64,000 bases of DNA. Source: Candidatus Omnitrophota bacterium. Its GTDB lineage: Bacteria; Omnitrophota; Gorgyraeia; B26-G9. Below, in pieces: positions 22,705 through 34,290 of this stretch. Positions within the stretch are counted from its first letter, which is position 1, and the number at the start of each line of letters is the position of its first letter. The position numbers and the translations under genes are program-made. The notes below the pieces were generated by a model. It worked only from the letters and a program-made list of their open reading frames with translations, searched no databases and had not been told where the DNA came from. The stretch spans positions 149,305 through 213,304 of the forward strand of contig JBDRJV010000022.1 of assembly GCA_043814605.1 (NCBI GenBank). Reading direction: 5' to 3'.

Positions 22705-23172
22705 CTATTTATTTTTCTCTGTTCTTAAGCCCTTCCATTGGTAATTTTCTCCCCATTGCCTAAACCCGTTTTCCGCTGCTTTTTCTGTGTGTTCTGAATT
22801 ATAATTTTTTGGGTTCTTTAAATCCTGGGATTTTGGATTATTTTTTAAATTTAAATTACTTAAATTAAAAAAATCTTCAATAAGAAACATTATGTTTTTA
22901 AAAAAATTGGCTGCTTCTTTATTGCTGAATTGCCCGGAGTTTTCCAGATTAAAAAGATCAAACCCTTTATCAGATAATTTATTTTTTGAATCTTTACTGT
23001 TTACCTGCTTAATCTCCGGAATATTTTTTAACGGCATCTTACTTTCACAAACAACGTTATCATTTTTTTGAGCAACTGAAAGTTCCTGGCTTGAAGAAAA
23101 AGAATTCTCTGCAGAAAAAATCGAAAAACTACTCACGAGGAATGGGATAACTAGTATTTTACTAAAGTTCAT
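22705..23172 (-). CDS. Hypothetical protein with probable signal peptide
   Basis: 155-aa ORF between prfA and prmC; hydrophobic N-terminus; N/K/S-rich. Confidence 0.6.
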   Translation of the reverse strand: MNFSKILVIPFLVSSFSIFSAENSFSSSQELSVAQKNDNVVCESKMPLKNIPEIKQVNSKDSKNKLSDKGFDLFNLENSGQFSNKEAANFFKNIMFLIEDFFNLSNLNLKNNPKSQDLKNPKNYNSEHTEKAAENGFRQWGENYQWKGLRTEKNK

Positions 23173-23293
23173 AAATTTCCTGTTCTGGTCAAAAAAATAA
23201 TATTATAATAAAAAATTGCACAGCTTGCAGTGCAACTAAATAAAAATCCTAATTCCTCAAGCTAAAACCTAAATAATAAAACCTTAATTATAT

Positions 23294-24373
23294 TTATTTT
23301 AGTTTTAACTGCTTTTCGGCTTGCATTAATCCAAAAATTAATTCCTCTAAATCACCTTCAAGAATCTGTTCAATTTTATATAAAGTCAACCCAATCCGAT
23401 GGTCAGTTACTCTTCTATCCGGAAAATTATAAGTTCTGATTTTCTCACTTCGGTCTCCGGATCCGATCTGCATCCTTCTTTGATTGGAAATTTTCGATTC
23501 TTGTTCGGTTATCGCATGATCTAATAAACGCGCTCTTAATACCTTTAATGCCTTCGCCCGATTCTTTATTTGCGAACGCTCGTCTTGACATGTAACTACA
23601 ATACCTGTAGGTAAATGCGTCATCCGTACTGCTGAATCTGTTGTATTTACACTTTGTCCACCCGCTCCGGTTGACCTGTAAACATCAACTTTTAAATCAT
23701 TCGGATTAATTTGAATATCCATTTCTTCTGCTTCCGGTAAAACTGCAACACTTACCGCAGAAGTATGAATACGGCCAGAAGCTTCTGTCCGCGGAACTCT
23801 TTGTACCCGATGAATTCCACTCTCAAATTTAAATTTTTTATAAACCCTATTTCCTTCAACCGAGAAGATAACTTCTTTTAATCCGCCCAAAGCCGTGGGG
23901 CTAGAAGCAATCACATCAACCTTAAACCCGCACTTGTCTGCATAATGACTATACATGCGGTAAAGATCCGTAACAAAAAGAGCTGCTTCTTCTCCTCCTG
24001 TACCAGCCCGAATCTCCATTATTATATTTTTTTCTGCTTGAGGATCTGCTTCGATAAGGAATTCTTCCAGTTCAGTATAAAGCTGATTAAAGGCAGTTTT
24101 AAGACTGTTTAGTTCTTCTAAAACTAATTCTAAAAAATCTGGTTCATCTTTTCCCGCTTTGAGTATCAATTCCAAGCGGTTTATTTCATTATTTGTTCTT
24201 TCAAATTCTCTGAATTTATTAATCCGCTGCGCGAGATTAGCCCGTTCTTTAGCAAATTTTTTGTATTCGGAAACATTCTTAATTACTTCCGGATCACTCA
24301 TCCGGTTTTCCAAAAATTGGAAACGGTCATTAAATTCTTTAAATTTTTTTAAAATAAACTCTTTATTTTGCAT
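23294..24373 (-). CDS. prfA: Peptide chain release factor 1
   Basis: PRT (PxT) specificity motif, [14 protein letters not shown]. Confidence 0.98.
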   Translation of the reverse strand: MQNKEFILKKFKEFNDRFQFLENRMSDPEVIKNVSEYKKFAKERANLAQRINKFREFERTNNEINRLELILKAGKDEPDFLELVLEELNSLKTAFNQLYTELEEFLIEADPQAEKNIIMEIRAGTGGEEAALFVTDLYRMYSHYADKCGFKVDVIASSPTALGGLKEVIFSVEGNRVYKKFKFESGIHRVQRVPRTEASGRIHTSAVSVAVLPEAEEMDIQINPNDLKVDVYRSTGAGGQSVNTTDSAVRMTHLPTGIVVTCQDERSQIKNRAKALKVLRARLLDHAITEQESKISNQRRMQIGSGDRSEKIRTYNFPDRRVTDHRIGLTLYKIEQILEGDLEELIFGLMQAEKQLKLK

Positions 24374-24560
24374 ATCTTTTCTTGAAGCGTTCTACGCGGC
24401 CGGCTGTATCTACTAACTTCTGTTTTCCCGTATAAAAAGGATGACAGCTACTGCAAATTTCAACACGGATATTTTCTTTTGTACTGCTAACCTGTATCAC
24501 TTCTCCACAAGCACAGGTTATTGTTGTTTGTTTATATTGTGGATGTATTTTGTTTTTCAT
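24363..24560 (-). CDS. rpmE: 50S ribosomal protein L31 (Zn-binding type)
   Basis: [23 protein letters not shown]. Confidence 0.98.
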   Translation of the reverse strand: MKNKIHPQYKQTTITCACGEVIQVSSTKENIRVEICSSCHPFYTGKQKLVDTAGRVERFKKRYAK

Positions 24561-24711
24561 TCTTCCCTCCGATTATAAGTTTATATTTTACAAAATGTTA
24601 TATAGATTAACTGCCTATTTATATTTTATTAACATAAATAGAAAAGTTTAAGAAAATAATTATACAGTAAAAATTATAAAATTCAACACAAATTTCTAAA
24701 TTAATTCTCAG

Positions 24712-26121
24712 TTAGCCATTTTTGGCTAATGTTAATAAAAATTCCGCATTAGTTGAAACTTTAGAAAGCTTCCCGGTTAAAAGTTCCATAGCTTCGACAC
24801 TGCTTAATTCATTAAGAGCTTTACGTAATATCCAAATTAATTTTAATTCATCATTATTAACCAGTAATTCTTCTTTGCGGGTGTTAGAACGTTTAATATC
24901 AATTGCCGGATAAATTCTTCTTTGGAATAAATTACGATCAAGCTGTAACTCCATATTCCCGGTTCCTTTAAATTCTTCAAAAATTACTTCGTCCATGCGT
25001 GATCCGGTTTCTACCAAGGCTGTGGCTAAAATAGTCAAGGATCCGCCTTCTTCGACATTCCGGGCTGCACCAAAAAACCGCTTTGGTTTTTGTAACGCCG
25101 TTGAATCTACACCACCAGAGAGAATCTTTCCTGAATGAGGGACAACAGTATTATGAGCCCGGGCTAAACGGGTAATACTGTCCAGCAGAATCACTACATC
25201 CCGGCCGCATTCAACCAGTCGTTTAGCTTTTTCCAAAACAATTTCCGCAACCTGAACATGACGCTCCGGGGGCTCATCAAAAGTACTACTAATTACTTCG
25301 CCCTTGACAGAACGCTGCATATCGGTAACTTCTTCTGGCCGTTCATCAATTAAAAGTACAATTAAAATCACATCTTCATTATTAGTCGTTATGCTATTGG
25401 CAATTTTTTGTAAAAGCACTGTCTTACCGCTATAAGGAGGCGCTACGATCAATCCTCTTTGGCCTTTCCCTATCGGGGTTAAAAGATCCATTATCCGGGT
25501 TGAGACTTCCTCTGATGTCGTCTCCAAAATAAAACGATCTTCCGGATATAACGGAGTTAAGTTATCAAATAATATTTTTTCTTTTGCCTTTTCTGGCGCT
25601 TCAAAATTAACCGCTTCCACCTTAAGTAAAGCAAAATAACGCTCTCCTTCTTTGGGGGGACGAATTTGCCCGCTTACCGTATCTCCGGTTTTTAAATCGA
25701 ATTTTCTGATTTGGCTAGGGGATATATAAATATCATCCGGACAAGGCAAATAATTGTAATTCGGACTGCGCAAAAACCCGAATCCATCCGGTAAAACCTC
25801 TAAAATCCCCTCGCCAAACATATTTCCGGCTTTTTCTGCCTGAGCCTGGAGGATTTTAAATATTAAATCTTGTTTTCTCACACCGCTAATCCCAGTTACT
25901 TTTAAATCCTTGGCTGTTTTAATCAGGCTTGAGCCGCTCATTTTCTTTAATTCTCCGATATCCATATTTCCTTCACTTTGCACAATATCCCGGTTCGCAT
26001 AATTAGTCGGCCGGGGCTTATAATTCTTAATCCCTTGCTGCGACCTATTGTTATTGTTGTTATTATTATTGCTATTATTCCATTGTTTAATCTGTTTACT
26101 TTTTTCCGGCTTTGGTTTCAT
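24712..26121 (-). CDS. rho: Transcription termination factor Rho with an Asn-rich N-terminal extension
   Basis: [42 protein letters not shown]. Confidence 0.98.
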   Translation of the reverse strand: MKPKPEKSKQIKQWNNSNNNNNNNNRSQQGIKNYKPRPTNYANRDIVQSEGNMDIGELKKMSGSSLIKTAKDLKVTGISGVRKQDLIFKILQAQAEKAGNMFGEGILEVLPDGFGFLRSPNYNYLPCPDDIYISPSQIRKFDLKTGDTVSGQIRPPKEGERYFALLKVEAVNFEAPEKAKEKILFDNLTPLYPEDRFILETTSEEVSTRIMDLLTPIGKGQRGLIVAPPYSGKTVLLQKIANSITTNNEDVILIVLLIDERPEEVTDMQRSVKGEVISSTFDEPPERHVQVAEIVLEKAKRLVECGRDVVILLDSITRLARAHNTVVPHSGKILSGGVDSTALQKPKRFFGAARNVEEGGSLTILATALVETGSRMDEVIFEEFKGTGNMELQLDRNLFQRRIYPAIDIKRSNTRKEELLVNNDELKLIWILRKALNELSSVEAMELLTGKLSKVSTNAEFLLTLAKNG

Positions 26122-26140
26122 ACGTTTCTCCTTTTTTAAA

Positions 26141-26755
26141 TCATAAGTTATTAAGCATAATTTCTTGCCAAATTTTTTTTACTTGCCGCTCTGTATATTT
26201 TAAAGTCTTACGATTATCTACAACATAATCTGCATACTTAATTTTTTCCGGGTTAGCCATTTGAAACTGCATTCTTTCTTTTACTTGTGAGGGAGACATT
26301 GTTCTGAATTTATGGGCTCTTTTATACTGTTGTTGTTTTGTCGCCTTGACCACAATAATCTTATTCATTCCTAGATACAACCCTGATTCAATTAATAATA
26401 CGGCATCGACAACAATCACTTTTTTTGTTTTACTATTTTTATAAAGTGTAATTTTTTGTTTTAAATATTCAAAAACCCAAGGATGAATTATCCGGCATAA
26501 CTGTTCTTGTTTATCTTTATTAATAAAAGCAATTTTAGCGAGTTTTTTTCGATTAATCGATCCATCAGAATTTAAAATTTCCTTGCCAAATTGGTCCAAA
26601 ACCAATTTGTAACACTCACTATTTTTAAAAAGAGCCTGGTGCGCAATTCTATCGGCATCATAAACAATTGCCCCCAATTTCTTGAACATCTTCAAAACAA
26701 CACTTTTTCCACTAGCAATACCGCCAGTTAACCCGACAATTAAAATATTTTTCAT
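26141..26755 (-). CDS. coaE: Dephospho-CoA kinase
   Basis: [18 protein letters not shown]. Confidence 0.95.
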   Translation of the reverse strand: MKNILIVGLTGGIASGKSVVLKMFKKLGAIVYDADRIAHQALFKNSECYKLVLDQFGKEILNSDGSINRKKLAKIAFINKDKQEQLCRIIHPWVFEYLKQKITLYKNSKTKKVIVVDAVLLIESGLYLGMNKIIVVKATKQQQYKRAHKFRTMSPSQVKERMQFQMANPEKIKYADYVVDNRKTLKYTERQVKKIWQEIMLNNL

Positions 26756-28164
26756 TTTTTAACTAACTTTTTATATAAAGATTGGTATTCTTTGGCGGAT
26801 TCATCCCAAGAAAACTTACACTCCATTGCTCTCTTTATTAAATCCCCCCAAACTGATTTATTATTATATACACATAATGCACGCTTTAAACATTCCAATA
26901 ACGCTCCTGATTCATAGCGGGAAAAAACAAAACCATTGCCTTGATTTGTAAAAGGATTAAAATCATTTATGGTATCTGCCAAACCGCCTGTTTTACGGAC
27001 TAAAGGAATTGTACCAAAATTTAAACTGATCAATTGCCCCAAACCGCATGGCTCATAAAAAGAAGGCATGAGAAATATATCACTGCCCGCATAAATCTTG
27101 TAGGCTAACACCGCATCAAAAGTTAAATGAATTGAAGTATTTTTATATTTTTTACTAATATTATCAAATAAAACATGATAGCGGGAATCGCCAGTGCCTA
27201 AAAGAATAAATTGAACCGGCATTTGAACTATTTCATCAATTACATTAGCTAGAATATCTAAACCTTTTTGATCCGCCAATCTCGTAATAATTCCGATTAA
27301 AGGAATCTCTTTATCCGTTTTTAAGCCGCCTAATTTCTGCAAATCAATTTTATTTTCATACTTACCTTCGATATCATCCACTCCGTAATTACGCACCAGA
27401 GATTTATTTTTACAGGGATTCCACTCTTCATAATTTATGCCGTTTAAAATCCCCTGGATATCTTTTTTCCTCGTTTTTAATACTCCTTCCAGTCCGCAGC
27501 CGAATTCTGCGGTTTGAATTTCTTGGGCATAAGTCGAACTAACTGTTGTAATTTTATCAGAAAATATCAAGCCGGCTTTTAAAAGATTTATTTTGCCGTA
27601 AAATTCCAGACCTCCGACAGAAAACAACTCTTTCGGCAATCCGGTCTTTTCCATTTCCTCTCTCCAAAAAAGCCCTTGATAACCTAAATTATGTATTGTA
27701 AAAACAGTCTTTATCTTTTTATAAAATGGATCTTTTTTTAACAATGTTTTTAAGTAAACCGGAATTAATCCCGTTTGCCAGTCATTACAATGAATAATGT
27801 CCGGTTTAAATTTTGTTTTTTTAATCAGTTGCAGTACCGCTTGGCAATAATAACTAAATCTGTCGAGGTTATCCGGGTAATCAACCCCGTTATCCTGGTA
27901 CAAGCCATCCCGATCAAAATATTCCTTATGCCCAATAAAAAATATATCCAGATTTTTGCCAAGTTCCTTATAATAAATATTTTTTCCCCTTTCAACCAAA
28001 TTAAATTTTTTAATATCTACTTTAATTTTACGGTAATAAGGCATAATAATCTGCACTTTAATTCCCAGTACCGCCAGAGCCATTGGCAAAGTGCCGGCAA
28101 CATCCGCTAATCCCCCGGTTTTAGCAAAAGGAACCACCTCAGAACTGCAAAATAATAATTTCAT
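26752..28164 (-). CDS. glgA: Glycogen synthase
   Basis: KTGGLADV, HCNDWQT, TIHNLGYQG, EPCGLGQL. Confidence 0.97.
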   Translation of the reverse strand: MKLLFCSSEVVPFAKTGGLADVAGTLPMALAVLGIKVQIIMPYYRKIKVDIKKFNLVERGKNIYYKELGKNLDIFFIGHKEYFDRDGLYQDNGVDYPDNLDRFSYYCQAVLQLIKKTKFKPDIIHCNDWQTGLIPVYLKTLLKKDPFYKKIKTVFTIHNLGYQGLFWREEMEKTGLPKELFSVGGLEFYGKINLLKAGLIFSDKITTVSSTYAQEIQTAEFGCGLEGVLKTRKKDIQGILNGINYEEWNPCKNKSLVRNYGVDDIEGKYENKIDLQKLGGLKTDKEIPLIGIITRLADQKGLDILANVIDEIVQMPVQFILLGTGDSRYHVLFDNISKKYKNTSIHLTFDAVLAYKIYAGSDIFLMPSFYEPCGLGQLISLNFGTIPLVRKTGGLADTINDFNPFTNQGNGFVFSRYESGALLECLKRALCVYNNKSVWGDLIKRAMECKFSWDESAKEYQSLYKKLVKK

Positions 28165-28184
28165 TTTTTTTTATTCCCCTAGTT

Positions 28185-30773
28185 TTATTTTAAATCTTTC
28201 CAGTTTTTACCTGCGTTTAAAATCACCTTTATCGGCACATCTAATTTAATGACATTTTCCATCCGTGTTTTTACGATTTGTTTCACTATCTCTAATTCTT
28301 TATGCGAAACTTCAAAAACTAATTCATCATGTACCTGTAAAAGCATTGCTGCCTTTAATTTTTCCCGCTTAAAAATATCATAAATATCAACCATAGCCAC
28401 TTTTATTAAATCCGCGGCTGTACCCTGAATCGGTGTATTCATCGCTGTACGTTCGGCAAAACTTCGTTGCATTGCATCTTTGGCATGAATTTGCGGAATA
28501 TATCTGCGCCGGTTGAGCAATGTTGTAACGTATCCTTTAGTTTTAGCTTCCTGGATTTGTTGGTTTAAGTAAACTTTAATTTGCGGATAGCGTTTAAAGT
28601 ATTCTTTAATGAATTTTTTTGCCTCATTATGCGTTACTCCGATATCCCGCGCTAAACCATACGCTCCCATTCCATAAATTATGCCAAAGTTAACACGTTT
28701 GGCTAAATTACGCATTTTTTCAGTCACTTGCTCTGGTTCAATTTCAAAGATTAAAGAAGCGGTAAACAAATGGATATCTCGATCCTGTTTAAATGCATTA
28801 GTTAAACGCTTATCTTTGGATAAATGCGCTAAAACTCTTAATTCAATCTGTGAATAATCAGCGGCAATAAACCAATTATCCGGAGCTGAACAAATAAATG
28901 CTTCTCTGATTCTTCTGCCGGTTGGAGTTCTGATCGGAATATTTTGTAAATTCGGAGCACTTGAACTTAACCTGCCGGTTGCGGTAACTGCCTGGTTAAA
29001 TGTTGTATAGATTCGATTTGTTTTTGGATCAATCAACTCTAACAATCCCAGGATATAAGTTGATTTTAATTTTGCTAATTCTCTATATTCTAGAACCATC
29101 GCCGGTAAAACATGTTCGGCAGATAGGCGCAACAGTACCTCCACATTAGTGGAAGGGCCACTCTTGCCTTTTTTAATTACTGATAATTTCAGCTTCTCAA
29201 AAAGAATCTCCGCTAATTGTTTGGGCGAATTAATATTAAATTCACATCCGCTGGATTTATAAATTTCTTTGGTTAACGTATCTAATCTTTCTTGTACTTC
29301 CTGATCAATATCCGCCAGCACTTTTTTATCTACACAGATGCCCGAAATCTCCATCGAAGCTAAAACTTCCACTAAAGGCATTTCCACTTTGTTAAATAAA
29401 TCCGCTAAATCTTTTGCTGCAAATTCTTTCTCAATTACCCGCATTAGTTCTAGTTGAGTTGCACTTTGAGTGCGGGGATTTATATTCGTACCTAAATAGG
29501 TACCCGTAATATCCGCAATGACTCTAATCCCTGCGCCAGGCTCAAGCAAATAAGCCGCAATCATTATGTCAAAAAAAGGTTTTTCTAAAAGTATGGAGTT
29601 CTGTTTAAGCCAAACACATGATTTTTTTAGATCATAACCGACTTTTTTAATTTTTTCATTATGGAAAATAGAATTTAAATCTTCCCGGATATCTTTAATT
29701 TTTAATTTATCATTAAATATAATTTTAAAAATTTGCTCCGGGGAAACAGCAAATTCTATAACATTAATATTCCCGCCGGCTGCTTCTTGTTTTTCTTCAT
29801 CCGGCTTCAGGCAGAAAGATATCTCTTTAATTTGTCCAAGAGAACCTTTAATTTGATCAAATTTGCTTTTTGTTTCGATTGTTATTATCAAAACATTAGT
29901 AGAATCATCTGCAGTTTCTTCTAAAACTGACCGGTAAAGATTTTTAAACTCTAATTCTTGAAAAATTTTTCTTAAAGTCTGCCTGTCTTGCCCCCGGCAC
30001 TCCAAGCCTTCTAAGCTTATTGTAATCGGGGCATCAATCATTACCGTTGCTAATTCCTTACTTAATATTGCTTGTTTGGTAAATTCTTCTAAAAGCTGTT
30101 TTCTTTTTTTCTGCTGAATTTTTCCAGTATTTGCAAAAATTTTTTCTAAACTTCCAAAGCTAGCAATTAATTCTGCTGCTGTTTTAGGGCCAATACCTGG
30201 TACGCCGGGAATATTATCCGCACTATCACCAGTTAGAGCTAAAAGGTCAGTAATTTGGCTGGGAGTAATTTTATACCGTTCAAAAACTTTTTCCGCATCA
30301 ATTTCCCCATTATCCTTTTTTTGAGGATTATAAATTTTAACACGATTATCCACAAGTTGCAACATATCTTTATCCCCGCTTACGATAAAAACATCTAATT
30401 CTTTTTTAAACCGGGTTGCTAATGTGGCAATAATATCATCCGCTTCATATCCGGGTAATTCAAAGATGGGTACACCATAAGCTCGTACAATATCTTTAAT
30501 AATCTCCATTTGGCTTTGTAAATCATCCGGCATAGGTTTACGATGTATTTTATAATCCGCAAATTTTTCATGCCGCAGAGTCGGGCCTTTAAGGTCAAAG
30601 CAAATTGCTAAATAATCCGGCTTTCTTTGATTTTTGAGGCGATTAAGCATATTCACAAAACCGAATACCGCTCCCGTCGGCTGCCCGCTAGACGCACGCA
30701 AATCGCCAATTGCATAAAACGCACGGTAACAATAAGAATTTCCGTCAATAAGATAGAGATTTTTTTTCTGCAT
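28185..30773 (-). CDS. polA: DNA polymerase I
   Basis: 5'-3' exonuclease (LIDG, EADD, GDSADNIPG) and polymerase motifs (TGRLSS, ADYSQIELR, KRVNFGIIYG, QVHDEL). Confidence 0.98.
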   Translation of the reverse strand: MQKKNLYLIDGNSYCYRAFYAIGDLRASSGQPTGAVFGFVNMLNRLKNQRKPDYLAICFDLKGPTLRHEKFADYKIHRKPMPDDLQSQMEIIKDIVRAYGVPIFELPGYEADDIIATLATRFKKELDVFIVSGDKDMLQLVDNRVKIYNPQKKDNGEIDAEKVFERYKITPSQITDLLALTGDSADNIPGVPGIGPKTAAELIASFGSLEKIFANTGKIQQKKRKQLLEEFTKQAILSKELATVMIDAPITISLEGLECRGQDRQTLRKIFQELEFKNLYRSVLEETADDSTNVLIITIETKSKFDQIKGSLGQIKEISFCLKPDEEKQEAAGGNINVIEFAVSPEQIFKIIFNDKLKIKDIREDLNSIFHNEKIKKVGYDLKKSCVWLKQNSILLEKPFFDIMIAAYLLEPGAGIRVIADITGTYLGTNINPRTQSATQLELMRVIEKEFAAKDLADLFNKVEMPLVEVLASMEISGICVDKKVLADIDQEVQERLDTLTKEIYKSSGCEFNINSPKQLAEILFEKLKLSVIKKGKSGPSTNVEVLLRLSAEHVLPAMVLEYRELAKLKSTYILGLLELIDPKTNRIYTTFNQAVTATGRLSSSAPNLQNIPIRTPTGRRIREAFICSAPDNWFIAADYSQIELRVLAHLSKDKRLTNAFKQDRDIHLFTASLIFEIEPEQVTEKMRNLAKRVNFGIIYGMGAYGLARDIGVTHNEAKKFIKEYFKRYPQIKVYLNQQIQEAKTKGYVTTLLNRRRYIPQIHAKDAMQRSFAERTAMNTPIQGTAADLIKVAMVDIYDIFKREKLKAAMLLQVHDELVFEVSHKELEIVKQIVKTRMENVIKLDVPIKVILNAGKNWKDLK

Positions 30774-30869
30774 AGATTAGTAAAAAACCTTTTCCTGAGG
30801 ATTTAAATATTCCGGCATGAATACCTTGTGGTTTAGTTTTTAATAACTTAATTTTTCTCATTAATACAA

Positions 30870-32807
30870 TTATTCACCGGCCACTGTTTCTCCTGTTGGT
30901 GCGACAATTTTAGCTGTAACAAAAATTAATAGATTTCTTTTTTGTTTATTATCATAGGTACGGCTAAACAGGGTTCCCAGTAACGGCAGCTGCCCCAAAA
31001 CCGGCACACGGTCAACTGTGTGCTCAACCACTTCCCGCATTAAACCTCCCATAACCACAGTATCATTATTATTAACCACAATACTTGCCGTACAATTGCG
31101 TACATTAAAAAAAGGCTGCTTATAAGGAGTTTCCTCGGTCCCGTAATTATACATATCATTATTTATATCAAACTCACTTACTTCCGGCACAAGCGTAAGA
31201 TTTATTGTTTTACCATCCGCACCAACATTAGGCGTAACTTTTAAAATAATTCCGATGTCTCTGGTTTTAAATTCCGCCGGAACTGTAGCATAATACGTAA
31301 CCGTGGTTCCGCTCACAGTTTTATCAAATGTTTGAATATCGTATTTTGTCGGATAACGGTATTCCTTAACAATTTTAATTACTGCCTCCTGTCCGCTGAT
31401 TGTTGTAATTTTAGGGCTGGATAATGTATTACTATCTTTATTTTCTTCAATTGCCGAAAGCACTGCCTGAAATTGGGTAAAATCTAATGTGCCAAAACTA
31501 AAATCAGTCGCACTATTTGCCGGAAATGCATTTGCATATTTTGTATTTTGATCTTTATTAAACGGATAAGTTGTCGGAGATGACGCTCCGGTTGCGGAAA
31601 ATTCTGAATTTAACTTTAAACCTAATGAAAATAAATCATCCGCACCAACTTCCACAAAACGCGCTTCAATCATTACCTGAGGCGGGTTAACATCCAAAAC
31701 CGCAAGCGCTTGTTCAATAATCGCTAAATTGCTAGGCGTATTGCGCACAATTAATGTACTGGTTCGATTATCCAGAAAAATAGTTGCCCCTTCCGGCCAA
31801 CTAACAATTTTCTTGAGAACATCCTCTATGGTTGTGGTTATTTTACCGGAAATACCGCCGGAGCCGCCGACTTTAACTCCTTCATAAGTACGCACTCCTC
31901 CGGAGCTTGAATCTGAAGATTTTTTGTCTTTATTCTTATCCTCTTTACTTCCGGGCGCAATTCCTTCATCCGAACGGATATCGTTAACCGTAACTGTATC
32001 AAACGTCGTAAATGTTGTAAAAGCCGCCAGTCCCTGAGAAAGATGATAAATCCGGGTTATTAAATCTTCGTTCTTAATATTTTTACTGCTGGATATCCAA
32101 ATAAAATCATTTTCAAATCTATACCCTAATCCTTTTGTCCTGAGCATTGATTCTAATGCCTGCGATAGCGTTATTTCTTTTAAATGGATACTGATTGTCC
32201 CAGCGGAATTGACAGCATTTTCATCCATGATTATATTTATCCCGCTCGTCTTGGATAAATATTCAAAAACATCTTTTAATTTCGCATCAGAGAAATCAAC
32301 ACTGACTTTTTTAGCATCGGCAAGATTTTTGATTTTTTTCGTACCGAATTCTTTTTTTTCGTATTTAGATTTTGTGACTAAATCCGGTTCGCTTATTAAC
32401 CAAGCTTTATCTGTTTCTAACATCCTTTGCTCTTGTAATATCTTTTTTTGAATTTGGGCTTGTTTTTGTTGAAAATCTATTTTTGCCTGCATTGCTTCAT
32501 AAATTAACTCACTGATTTCTCTATTGTTAGGCTCGAGAGTTAACGCTTTTTGAAAATTAGTGATTGCCTGGTTAAAATCTAAATTGGTCCAGGCTTGATA
32601 GCCGGCATCAATTAACGCCGAAGTATCATCACCCAATCCCGCCAAAGGATTATCTACAGAAAAACTTTTTTGGTTAGCAATTTGACCCGCAATATTTAAC
32701 GCCTGTTCTTGCTCAAAGTCAACACCCCTTTCTTCCTGTGAAAAAATTGAATTTGGCAAGAAAATCAAAATTAACAAGAGGACAAAACAGCAGATAACAC
32801 GTTTCAT
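30870..32807 (-). CDS. Secretin (PilQ/GspD family, Amuc_1098-like) with N-terminal TPR
   Basis: Signal peptide, N0/N3 domains, PPQVMIEARFVE, VPVLGQLPLLGTLF, LLIFVTAKI. Confidence 0.92.
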   Translation of the reverse strand: MKRVICCFVLLLILIFLPNSIFSQEERGVDFEQEQALNIAGQIANQKSFSVDNPLAGLGDDTSALIDAGYQAWTNLDFNQAITNFQKALTLEPNNREISELIYEAMQAKIDFQQKQAQIQKKILQEQRMLETDKAWLISEPDLVTKSKYEKKEFGTKKIKNLADAKKVSVDFSDAKLKDVFEYLSKTSGINIIMDENAVNSAGTISIHLKEITLSQALESMLRTKGLGYRFENDFIWISSSKNIKNEDLITRIYHLSQGLAAFTTFTTFDTVTVNDIRSDEGIAPGSKEDKNKDKKSSDSSSGGVRTYEGVKVGGSGGISGKITTTIEDVLKKIVSWPEGATIFLDNRTSTLIVRNTPSNLAIIEQALAVLDVNPPQVMIEARFVEVGADDLFSLGLKLNSEFSATGASSPTTYPFNKDQNTKYANAFPANSATDFSFGTLDFTQFQAVLSAIEENKDSNTLSSPKITTISGQEAVIKIVKEYRYPTKYDIQTFDKTVSGTTVTYYATVPAEFKTRDIGIILKVTPNVGADGKTINLTLVPEVSEFDINNDMYNYGTEETPYKQPFFNVRNCTASIVVNNNDTVVMGGLMREVVEHTVDRVPVLGQLPLLGTLFSRTYDNKQKRNLLIFVTAKIVAPTGETVAGE

Positions 32808-33511
32808 TTATGCACCATTCCTTTCTCTAATCTAAGGTGCTGTCCTTTTTTTGATACTAACACATATTCTTCGTCGATGTCAAGCACCTTATACCCTAAA
32901 AAATTGCTGTCTTTACTTACCGTAAACACGCGTTGGTCAGTATGTTCTTTAATTTGAGCTACCAATTCATTACTGTACGCTGCATGACGGTATTGAATCT
33001 TAGTATTTTTTTGAGTTTTATCTTTTAAATTAATATATTTATCATCTAAATAATCAATCTGATATTGAAAAATTGTTGAGCCTAAACTAACCAAATAGCT
33101 CCTCTCCTGCATATTAACTTGCGCAACTATTCTTCCATCATCAAAAATCAACCTGCCTTTATATTCTATTTCTAAAGGTTTATAACTGATCTCCACTACC
33201 TCAATTACCGGGTTATCCGATGAAACAACTACTTCTGATTCATCCCGGATAACATGTTTAACAAAAATATCTCTGAATTTTTCTTTATCGAATGATATTT
33301 TTGGGTTAAAGCCATAGTCTGCTTGAATCTTACTCTCATCATCTAATTCGGTTGCGGTTTTAATTATGCGCTTTGCCTTAAGATTCTCGCTTTTTTCTCT
33401 CACGCTATTTCCTTGTCTCAGCAATGAGTTATTTAAAATAACTGCACTAAAAATAAAAATACCCCCTAAAATTGCACAAAGCATTTTTTCCCAACTTCCG
33501 TAATTATTCAT
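32804..33511 (-). CDS. PilP/GspC-like pilus assembly protein (Amuc_1099 position)
   Basis: N-terminal TM and two beta-rich HR-like segments; lies between the PilO-like gene and the secretin. Confidence 0.55.
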   Translation of the reverse strand: MNNYGSWEKMLCAILGGIFIFSAVILNNSLLRQGNSVREKSENLKAKRIIKTATELDDESKIQADYGFNPKISFDKEKFRDIFVKHVIRDESEVVVSSDNPVIEVVEISYKPLEIEYKGRLIFDDGRIVAQVNMQERSYLVSLGSTIFQYQIDYLDDKYINLKDKTQKNTKIQYRHAAYSNELVAQIKEHTDQRVFTVSKDSNFLGYKVLDIDEEYVLVSKKGQHLRLEKGMVHK

Positions 33512-33513
33512 AT

Positions 33514-34287
33514 TTATTTACCGGTAATTTTAATATTTTCAATTTTTAAATAAACTAAAATTCTGTTTGTCTGGTTATCTTTACTTTTAATATCCAGTTT
33601 TTTTAGCATATAGCTGTTATCTTTTTCTGATATCACCTGTAAAAATTTTCGCAAACTTTCAAAAGTTGTCTCTATTTTTAAAAATACAGGAATCGCTTCA
33701 AAAGTAATCCCCGAATTCTGTTCTTTTAGATTTTTATCCGGCGCATACACTATACTTTCATGCGTTAATTTTATTTCATTAACCGCAAAAACATCCCCGC
33801 ACAATAATTCATTGATGATTTCATTTACCATCACTAATTCCTGTAAAAGTAATCCCGTCTGATTTTGTTGCGGCAGAGAAACCTGATATTCTAAAAACCC
33901 AATAAGTTCCGGTAAAATAAGCTTTTTCTCCTCAGCTTTAATTTGCAATGAATCTTGTACTTCAAAAAGCTTTTGTTTAAAATAAAGCGGCGTTTGGCTA
34001 ACCGGCTCATCAATTACGGAAGATCTAAATTCTCGTTTAAGCGCTAAATATTCCTGTAAAATCTTCCGTTTCGCAAGTTTTTGCCGATCAACTGCCTGAT
34101 ACGGGAATTCCGTCAAAACTTTTTCATATTTTTGCAAATAATTTTCGGAGCTTAGTACTTTTTTATTTAATCGGGTATTTAAAACTAAAGTGCACAAACT
34201 CGCAATTACTAAGCAAATACAAATAACTGCGATCGCACCGGCGACAATAAACACCGTTTTAAATTTTTTCAAGAGTAATTTATCCAT
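33514..34287 (-). CDS. PilO-like, Amuc_1100-family protein
   Basis: N-terminal TM and coiled coil; PLYFKQKL...LP..IGFLEY...P......L.QEL pattern; synteny. Confidence 0.7.
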   Translation of the reverse strand: MDKLLLKKFKTVFIVAGAIAVICICLVIASLCTLVLNTRLNKKVLSSENYLQKYEKVLTEFPYQAVDRQKLAKRKILQEYLALKREFRSSVIDEPVSQTPLYFKQKLFEVQDSLQIKAEEKKLILPELIGFLEYQVSLPQQNQTGLLLQELVMVNEIINELLCGDVFAVNEIKLTHESIVYAPDKNLKEQNSGITFEAIPVFLKIETTFESLRKFLQVISEKDNSYMLKKLDIKSKDNQTNRILVYLKIENIKITGK

Positions 34288-34290
34288 TTT

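Noticed and set aside
22705-23172. Fourth member of the LSP-tag family
   Set aside because: Has a signal-like N-terminus but neither the L[SA]PxxxI motif nor the C-terminal I-x-x-[SA]-I
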